From a virus, in the UHGV virus genome UHGV-1558343: a stretch of 30,962 nt of DNA; one strand, given 5' to 3'. Positions 25,476 to 30,962 of this stretch are shown one piece after another (the first letter of the stretch is position 1; every line of letters starts with the position of its first letter). The position numbers and the translations under genes were made by a program. The notes beneath the pieces were generated by a model. It was not told where the DNA came from. It did not search any database and saw only the letters and a list, made by a program, of their open reading frames with translations.

Positions 25476-25706
25476 GTCTTTTTCAATGATAATTTCATAT
25501 TGACCATCAACACTGTCGAAATAGATTCCGTCGTCATCTTCTGTCTTAAAGTAGCATTGAATATCATCACTGGCGGGATAGTCTTGTCTTGCTATCTGGC
25601 AAACTTGAACAGCATTCTCTTTACTCCCTGTAAACTCCTCAAGCCCTTTAAAATCGCATGAATGACCATTACAAATAGAAAGGATGAGATAAACGGTTGT
25701 AAGCAT
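25473..25706 (-). CDS. hypothetical small Cys-containing protein with hydrophobic N-terminus (possible secreted or membrane protein)
   Basis: 77 aa; MLTTVYLILSICNGHSC N-terminus; AGGAGG SD; acidic C-terminal half. Confidence 0.55.
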   Translation of the reverse strand: MLTTVYLILSICNGHSCDFKGLEEFTGSKENAVQVCQIARQDYPASDDIQCYFKTEDDDGIYFDSVDGQYEIIIEKD

Positions 25707-25749
25707 GATTTAGGCCTCCTAAAAGCCCCTACAAGGGGCTGATTAGTGT

Positions 25750-26313
25750 TTATAAGGTGATTGTATAGGTTTTAAAAAAGCTCTTTAAATCTTTCTCTGT
25801 GATGTTTCCTGCCAGTGTATCCATGATGTCACAAAAAACCTTAATACTGTCTGATTGCTGAATACTTTTAGCGAGAAGCTCCAGAGACTCATCAAGATAG
25901 TTTAAATTTGGGTTATCCAATGAAGGAAGACAAAAAGGTGAATACATAGCGTTAAACTCTGTTGTATAGACCTTTTTAATCCAATTTACATCAAAGTACT
26001 CTGTAAAACTTGCCAGATTTGACATATTATCACAAGAATAATCATCATTTAAGTCATCCTCTGGAATATCAAGTTCCAATATAACAATATTTTGAGTTTT
26101 CATCTGAAAAGCTGCGGTGATAGTGGCATTGCCTAGAGCTTGTTGGATACCTTCGGCTGTTATCTCTTCCTCATCGTCGCCATAGATTTTATTTTCTGGA
26201 TAAACGTAAAAATTGCCGTCCATATCCGAACAATTCCATGCGCCTGATGGTTTATCACCGTTATTAATCAGGTTGATAAAGTTTTCTTGAGTAGTACCAT
26301 GAAAGCATTTCAT
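25750..26313 (-). CDS. hypothetical acidic protein
   Basis: 187 aa with many D/E runs (DDEEEITAEG, DIPEDDLNDDY); preceded by a type B cassette. Confidence 0.6.
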   Translation of the reverse strand: MKCFHGTTQENFINLINNGDKPSGAWNCSDMDGNFYVYPENKIYGDDEEEITAEGIQQALGNATITAAFQMKTQNIVILELDIPEDDLNDDYSCDNMSNLASFTEYFDVNWIKKVYTTEFNAMYSPFCLPSLDNPNLNYLDESLELLAKSIQQSDSIKVFCDIMDTLAGNITEKDLKSFFKTYTITL

Positions 26314-26398
26314 TTTTGAATCTCCAGTTTAGGATTTAGTGGTAAAGCTCTTTATCTGGGGCTTAAGATACCAACTTTTAAGCCCCTTGTAAAGTACT
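26314..26398 (-). promoter_or_regulatory. type B cassette (hairpin overlapping promoter, plus RBS)
   Basis: GGGGCTTAA - loop - TTAAGCCCC hairpin; minus strand TTTACA - 17 bp - TAAAGT; CCTAAACTGGAGATTCAAAA ATG. Confidence 0.65.
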
Positions 26399-26602
26399 TT
26401 ATTTGTTATTTTTGACAACTTTTAAAACTGCACGGTAACCTAAGCAATAGGAATCACCGAAGAGCGACCGGCCCATGAAGGAGTCTTCTGTAATATCTTT
26501 CGCCGTGACGGTTTTTTCTACGCCGTGAAAGAGAACTATATCACCAACTTTAATATCTTTGATGTGAGTTGTTTCAATGTGTAAGCCGTTGATAATAGCC
26601 AT
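26399..26602 (-). CDS. hypothetical small protein
   Basis: 67 aa, ATG directly after a type A cassette. Confidence 0.55.
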   Translation of the reverse strand: MAIINGLHIETTHIKDIKVGDIVLFHGVEKTVTAKDITEDSFMGRSLFGDSYCLGYRAVLKVVKNNK

Positions 26603-26694
26603 TTTTAGAATCTCCAGTTTAGGACTTTATTTAGTGGGGAGGTTATCGCCTCCCCGTTGATGTGTAATTTAACCTATCTAAAAATCAGTGTCAA
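26603..26694 (-). promoter_or_regulatory. type A promoter/stem-loop/RBS cassette
   Basis: minus strand: TTGACA -35 (26689-26694), 17 bp, TAAATT -10 (26666-26671), hairpin GGGGAGGCGATAACCTCCCC, GGAG SD. Confidence 0.75.
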
Positions 26695-26703
26695 CAAAAT
26701 TTT

Positions 26704-27108
26704 TTAGAGTTCTGCATAAATTGCATCACAGACATCACGAAAATCGTGATTTGTCAAATTACGTTGTAACCAAGTGGCAAAGAAATCAGCGATTGCAAAA
26801 TTAGCGTCATACTCGACGGATAGCCATACTTTAACAGCAAATCTAAACATTTTCAAATCTAACTCCCTATTCATTACCTTAGATTTGCCTAGCATATCAA
26901 TCATTTCATATTGCGCACCGTCTAGCGTGATACCTGCTGCAACGTCAGCCAATGAACTTTTTACGTTTTCAACGTCTAAAATAATACTTTGAATCTTCCC
27001 AATAATGCTGTGCAATGTTTCATCTGGTGCTGATGACGTAATAACATTAATCCGGTTAACGGTCAAACGTGCTTTTAAAATTGATAATTCACGGTTATTA
27101 ATAGCCAT
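26704..27108 (-). CDS. hypothetical protein
   Basis: ORF track start is a TTG at 27123; ATG at 27106-27108 (MAINNRELSIL...) has GGAGA SD from the cassette and is preferred. Confidence 0.6.
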   Translation of the reverse strand: MAINNRELSILKARLTVNRINVITSSAPDETLHSIIGKIQSIILDVENVKSSLADVAAGITLDGAQYEMIDMLGKSKVMNRELDLKMFRFAVKVWLSVEYDANFAIADFFATWLQRNLTNHDFRDVCDAIYAEL

Positions 27109-27194
27109 TTTTAAGTTCTCCAATTTAGGATTAAGTGGTAAAGCTCTTTATCTGGGGCTTACTTTATCGAACTATAAGCCCCTTGTAAAGTACT
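27109..27194 (-). promoter_or_regulatory. type B cassette
   Basis: GGGGCTTA - 13 nt - TAAGCCCC hairpin (27154-27182); minus strand TTTACA (27184-27189) - 17 bp - TAAAGT; GGAGA SD. Confidence 0.65.
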
Positions 27195-27467
27195 TTATGC
27201 TAAATGCAGCTTTTTACCTTTTACCATGATGTAACTTGTTGCGCTATTGCTGTATACATCTTGATAAATTCTGCGCAAACGGCCTTCGTAGTATACTTTC
27301 CAGCTAGTTGGAATCTTTTTCCCGTATCCTGTAACAGTTTTTTGGAGTCCTGCAAGTTGCCAATCCAAGATGTGTTGCTCAGCTTGTAAATCTTCAAAGT
27401 GCATCACACCATTCACATAGTGACGTAGGGTTACGTTTAAAGTGCGACCGTTGTTAGTAGCATACAT
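27195..27467 (-). CDS. hypothetical protein
   Basis: 90 aa, ATG after a type A cassette. Confidence 0.6.
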   Translation of the reverse strand: MYATNNGRTLNVTLRHYVNGVMHFEDLQAEQHILDWQLAGLQKTVTGYGKKIPTSWKVYYEGRLRRIYQDVYSNSATSYIMVKGKKLHLA

Positions 27468-27559
27468 TTTTGAATCTCCAGTTTAGGACTTTATTTAGTG
27501 GGGAAGGTCATTCCCTCCCCGTTGATGTGTAATTTAGCCTATCTAAAAATCAGTGTCAA
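27468..27559 (-). promoter_or_regulatory. type A promoter/stem-loop/RBS cassette
   Basis: minus strand: TTGACA -35 (27554-27559, overlapping upstream stop codon), 17 bp, TAAATT -10, hairpin GGGGAGGGAATGACCTTCCCC, GGAG SD. Confidence 0.75.
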
Positions 27560-27888
27560 ACACTTTGTTTTCGTTTGCTCAACTCTTGAACAATTACAGC
27601 GTAGTAGTCTTTTAAGTCACTGATATTCAAGGCATTTATCAGTGAATTATAACCATCGACTAACTGAAAATCATCTTTGAAGATGTCACTTATCTGATAG
27701 GTTTTCGCTTTATATCTGAAGCTCATTTCTAGCCGCTTTATTTGCTCATCACTTAGGCGTCCTAGAAAGCTCTCTACCAAGTTATTGTTAACCTGCTGTG
27801 TGATTGCCTTATTTGCTAGATTATAGGCCTTATACGCCTTATAAAGTGCTATAATGGCAATGATTGCAGTGATACCCATCATTAACAT
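27556..27888 (-). CDS. hypothetical protein with N-terminal transmembrane segment
   Basis: 110 aa; MLMMGITAIIAIIALYKAY hydrophobic N-terminus; AGAGG SD; start overlaps upstream gene end. Confidence 0.55.
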   Translation of the reverse strand: MLMMGITAIIAIIALYKAYKAYNLANKAITQQVNNNLVESFLGRLSDEQIKRLEMSFRYKAKTYQISDIFKDDFQLVDGYNSLINALNISDLKDYYAVIVQELSKRKQSV

Positions 27889-28178
27889 GGTATTACCTCT
27901 TTACGTGATACCTTGCCATTTACAGTTATCTCATAAGATTCTAATAAATCGCTTTTAGACTTTACAGGGCTTTTAAAAGTATCATCGTAGATATTGACTT
28001 GCAATACAGGTTTTTTATATTCCCTACAACTATTCCATAAGCAAACCACTACACGACGGCCTTTGATTTTTCCGTGTAACCATTCCATAACATCATGACT
28101 ATTCCTTGATGTTTCAATGAAATCAATTTTGTTGAGTAACTTGCTTAGATTTTCACGGACTTTATTTGATAGTTTCAT
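27882..28178 (-). CDS. hypothetical protein
   Basis: 98 aa, ATG after a type B cassette. Confidence 0.55.
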   Translation of the reverse strand: MKLSNKVRENLSKLLNKIDFIETSRNSHDVMEWLHGKIKGRRVVVCLWNSCREYKKPVLQVNIYDDTFKSPVKSKSDLLESYEITVNGKVSRKEVIPC

Positions 28179-28266
28179 TTTTGAAACTCCAGTTTAGGAT
28201 TGAGTGGTAAAGCTCTTTATCTGGGGCTATCTTATCAGCTTGATAACCCCCTGTAAAGAAATCTAT
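28179..28266 (-). promoter_or_regulatory. type B cassette
   Basis: same conserved element (CCAGTTTAGGATTGAGTGGTAAAGCTCTTTATCTGGGGCT...) with hairpin and GGAG SD. Confidence 0.6.
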
Positions 28267-28779
28267 TTAGTTCTTAAAGATATTCATCACTGAGTCTTTT
28301 AATGATTCCAAACGCTCTAATACTTCAGATTCTGCGTCTGAGTTGTTCACTTCTTCTTTTAGTCTGTCATCTAAGTCATCGCCGTCACTATAGCACCAAT
28401 CAAAAGCGTAACCAATATAAAAACTGTCTAAAATTGTTTGACCATTTGCATCGACAACTTTCGCGGCAAGGTTGTATTCTGAAGCCTCTAAATCTCTTTC
28501 CAATTCTTTCTGTAAGCTAATGTAAGCCTCTTTTGATGGATTTTCCCGGCCCTGTTTTGCATAGTCACTTGAAAGCTGTTTAAGGCTGTAATGCAAAGGG
28601 ATTGCATATTTAAAATCGTTACGCTGACAGTTAGGGTTTTTAACAGTCACGCCGCCTTGATGGTTATCTGTAAACTTCCAATTATCAAGATTATGGCTTG
28701 CTTCGTAGCAATTCACAGCTTCATAAATAATAGTGAATTTTTCTTTTACAACTTCAAAGGTAGCGTCTACAGTTTTCAT
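28267..28779 (-). CDS. hypothetical acidic protein
   Basis: 170 aa with Asp/Glu-rich C-terminus (DGDDLDDRLKEEVNNSDAESEVLERLE); preceded by a type B cassette. Confidence 0.6.
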   Translation of the reverse strand: MKTVDATFEVVKEKFTIIYEAVNCYEASHNLDNWKFTDNHQGGVTVKNPNCQRNDFKYAIPLHYSLKQLSSDYAKQGRENPSKEAYISLQKELERDLEASEYNLAAKVVDANGQTILDSFYIGYAFDWCYSDGDDLDDRLKEEVNNSDAESEVLERLESLKDSVMNIFKN

Positions 28780-28869
28780 TTTTTGAATCTCCTAGTTTAA
28801 GGTTAGTTAGTAAAGCTCTTTATCTGGGGCTTACTTTATCGAACTATAAGCCCCTTGTAAAGTACTTTA
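28780..28869 (-). promoter_or_regulatory. type B cassette
   Basis: GGGGCTTA - 13 nt - TAAGCCCC hairpin plus conserved RBS segment. Confidence 0.65.
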
Positions 28870-29127
28870 TCAGATTAAATTGCCAGTTAATGATAAGTGC
28901 ATTTTGTAACCTTGTTTAGTGAATACATTCACTTTACCGAGTGTTTTTACACCTTTGAAAAGGTTATTTGGACTACGTTTTAAGGTTAAATGTTTATCAG
29001 CCTTTACGCCCCATCTTACAGCAGACTGTTTCCCGTTGTCAACCACTTTCCCGCCTAACTTTTTCGCCATGATGCGAGCGTCGTCACGAGTCTTTGCAGT
29101 AATTACAACGTTTTTGATAATAGCCAT
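28870..29127 (-). CDS. hypothetical small basic protein
   Basis: 85 aa, Lys-rich, ATG after a type B cassette. Confidence 0.55.
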   Translation of the reverse strand: MAIIKNVVITAKTRDDARIMAKKLGGKVVDNGKQSAVRWGVKADKHLTLKRSPNNLFKGVKTLGKVNVFTKQGYKMHLSLTGNLI

Positions 29128-29212
29128 TTTAGAATCTCCAATTTAGGATTGAGTAGTAAAGCTCTTTATCTGAGGCTTACTTTATCGAACTATAAGCCCC
29201 TTGTAAAGTACT
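29128..29212 (-). promoter_or_regulatory. type B cassette
   Basis: near-identical to 27109-27194 and 28780-28869. Confidence 0.65.
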
Positions 29213-29593
29213 TTATTTAATTTTGAAGATTGTTACATAACCATCGCTCCCGATGATTTGCGATACCCCAGCTTTTTCTACTTTATAGCCCATATTTTCA
29301 AGATGATAAACAGTATCATCATAACCATATGCGCCACCCTGATAACGTCTCTTATCGCATTTTATCAGGTTTTTACCACGTCCAGCAAGTGCATGTAAAA
29401 TGGCTTTTTCACTTGAAAGAGTACCATCTAACATGGTTGCCGTGTAATGGTTGATTCTATTTCCGTTTACATCATACTTAAAATTGAATGCGTGAACAAC
29501 AATAATGTTACCTTTAAAATTTTCATCAAGTGACTTCTCCAGTGCGTTGCGAAAGTTGTCTTTGTTGATGAATTTAGGTGCACGATAAGCCAT
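29213..29593 (-). CDS. hypothetical protein
   Basis: 126 aa, ATG after a type B cassette. Confidence 0.6.
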   Translation of the reverse strand: MAYRAPKFINKDNFRNALEKSLDENFKGNIIVVHAFNFKYDVNGNRINHYTATMLDGTLSSEKAILHALAGRGKNLIKCDKRRYQGGAYGYDDTVYHLENMGYKVEKAGVSQIIGSDGYVTIFKIK

Positions 29594-29682
29594 TTTTGAA
29601 TCTCCTAGTTTAAGGTTAATGTGGTAAAGCTCTTTATCTGGGGCTTAAGATATCAACTTTTAAGCCCCTTGTAAAGTACTTT
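29594..29682 (-). promoter_or_regulatory. type B cassette
   Basis: GGGGCTTAA - loop - TTAAGCCCC hairpin, near-identical to 26314-26398. Confidence 0.65.
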
Positions 29683-29889
29683 TTATTTATCGTAATAGTA
29701 AATTGCTGTCTGTTTTATAAGTCTCTTTGTATTCTTTGTAAGGTAACAATTCGAGTTGATTGCCGTTTCTACATAGTTGCAATAGTCAGCTTCTGATATT
29801 CTACGCCATGCGCCGCAGACTTGCATGTAAAAACGTTTTGCCTTTGTGTTGACGTTAGTTGTAACCATCAATTCGCGACTGTACATCAT
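29683..29889 (-). CDS. hypothetical small protein
   Basis: 68 aa, double ATG start, GGAG SD. Confidence 0.55.
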   Translation of the reverse strand: MMYSRELMVTTNVNTKAKRFYMQVCGAWRRISEADYCNYVETAINSNCYLTKNTKRLIKQTAIYYYDK

Positions 29890-29967
29890 TTTGGATTCTC
29901 CAGTTTAGGAAGTGGGCTTGCTTGCCCGTCTGATGCAAATATTAGATAACCATACTCAAAGAGTCAA
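29890..29967 (-). promoter_or_regulatory. promoter/hairpin/RBS cassette variant with near-consensus promoter
   Basis: minus strand: TTGACT (29962-29967) - 17 bp - TAATAT (29939-29944), then GGGCAAGCAAGCCC hairpin, CCTAAACTGGAGAATCCAAA ATG. Confidence 0.7.
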
Positions 29968-30139
29968 TAGGAATTTTAAAAATATTTTTGCAAAAAACTG
30001 TAATGAAACGGGCGCACGCGATTACCACAAAACAGAACTACAATCAAGAATTATTTTTCAATCCGCTACAAATTTTTCTGTTGACTTTTATTTCCAGATG
30101 TGGTAGCCTTGTGAGAAATGGCGACATTCCCACCTGCAC

Positions 30140-30330
30140 CCACCTACCTGCACAATTCTAAAATGATTTTTCTTGCCCGACCTGATTTTTCTCTGCACGT
30201 TTTGAAAATGAAAAAGCTCTTTGGAGATTACCTGCACAGTTTGAAAATGAATTTTCTCTTTGGAGTTCAAAATTCTCTCTACAGATTTCTCTACAGAACT
30301 CTACCTGCACAATTCTAAAATGAAAAAGCC
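30140..30330. repeat. cluster of interspersed direct repeats in a 430-bp non-coding gap
   Basis: TACCTGCACA three times, CAATTCTAAAATGA twice, TTGAAAATGAA twice, CTCTTTGGAG twice, TTCTCTACAGA twice. Confidence 0.7.
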
Positions 30331-30395
30331 CTCCTTACCTGAAAATTTACCAGATAAGAAAGGCTTAGTCTATTGTGAATATTCTACAGAGTTTC

Positions 30396-30962
30396 TTAGT
30401 TCTTTGCGTCTAAGAAGGTAACTTCCGGTGAAGAGAAAATTTCCTCAACATCCTCATCATTTCTTGCATAGATATATGTATCTGCATCACTGCCAAATGT
30501 TACTGCAATTCTGTGATTGCTCTTCGACAGGTGGGTAACTAGAGCGTTACTTAGAGACATCTTTTCAACCGGAGGGTTACTTTGATGTATCTTACCTTTT
30601 CTTCGTCTGAAGAGGGTAACTGTATCGTCTGTGAACACTACTACGCCTGCAAAGTATTCTGGCTCACAGTAGTTCTTCCAATCTGAGTGTAACTCGTTGT
30701 ACATCTCTGTCTCGTAGACATATAGGTAAACATCTACGCTCTTCATCACCTGATTAATGATAACTGTGACGGCTTGAGGGTCAAGTCCACCGATACCTGC
30801 ACCAATCATAGGTAAACCAACTTTCTTCAACTGATTAACTTCACAGTATCTGTTAAGTTGTTTCAAAGATGACTCTAAAGCACTGTATCGGGCATCTTTA
30901 CCAGTCTTAAGCTGAGTGTAAAGGTTAGCTATACGGCCTTGTTCTAAACGTGCTACAGAGAA
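30396..30962 (-). CDS. macro-domain (ADP-ribose binding/processing) protein, C-terminal part; N-terminus lies beyond window end
   Basis: frame is open from 30962 with no stop; motif KKVGLPMIGAGIGGLDP resembles the macro-domain C-terminal Gly-rich loop; ORF track lists only 30396..30866 from a TTG. Confidence 0.55.
   Translation of the reverse strand, partial: FSVARLEQGRIANLYTQLKTGKDARYSALESSLKQLNRYCEVNQLKKVGLPMIGAGIGGLDPQAVTVIINQVMKSVDVYLYVYETEMYNELHSDWKNYCEPEYFAGVVVFTDDTVTLFRRRKGKIHQSNPPVEKMSLSNALVTHLSKSNHRIAVTFGSDADTYIYARNDEDVEEIFSSPEVTFLDAKN

Noticed and set aside
24621-29967. CRISPR-like or transposon terminal-repeat interpretation of the 85-100 bp cassettes
   Set aside because: The units between repeats are protein-coding genes with the repeat supplying promoter and RBS; no transposase or integrase is present.
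26774-30318. Plus-strand ORFs in the early region and repeat gap (26774..26992, 27005..27229, 27204..27389, 28302..28520, 28591..28800, 28919..29146, 29912..30106, 30088..30270, 30118..30318)
   Set aside because: Antisense to cassette-driven genes or assembled from the short direct repeats of the 30.0-30.4 kb gap.

Overview
This window reads as part of a large tailed dsDNA phage genome (Caudoviricetes) with four blocks. (1) 1-7204, minus strand: a lambda-like head/packaging module (terminase large subunit, portal, S49-type prohead protease fused to a scaffold-like tail, gpD-like decoration protein, gpE-like major capsid protein). (2) 7428-13403, minus strand: an array of about 27 tRNA genes covering nearly all 20 amino acids, interrupted by two HNH endonuclease genes, two or three other ORFs and conserved spacer repeats; it is followed by a vWA/MIDAS protein gene. 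(3) 15.7-22.7 kb, plus strand: a tightly packed, translationally coupled operon of unknown genes that includes a T4-type lysozyme and an Ig-like-domain protein. (4) 22.7-24.4 kb is an ORF-free region dense in short periodic repeats (candidate origin or regulatory hub) lying between convergent terminators, followed at 24.4-30.9 kb by 14 small minus-strand genes, most preceded by one of two variants of a conserved promoter/stem-loop/RBS cassette (12 copies), and ending in a macro-domain protein gene that runs off the window. All calls are from reading the sequence by eye: tRNA coordinates are good to a few nt, anticodons are hand-folded and several are tentative, and protein functions are motif-based with no database search.
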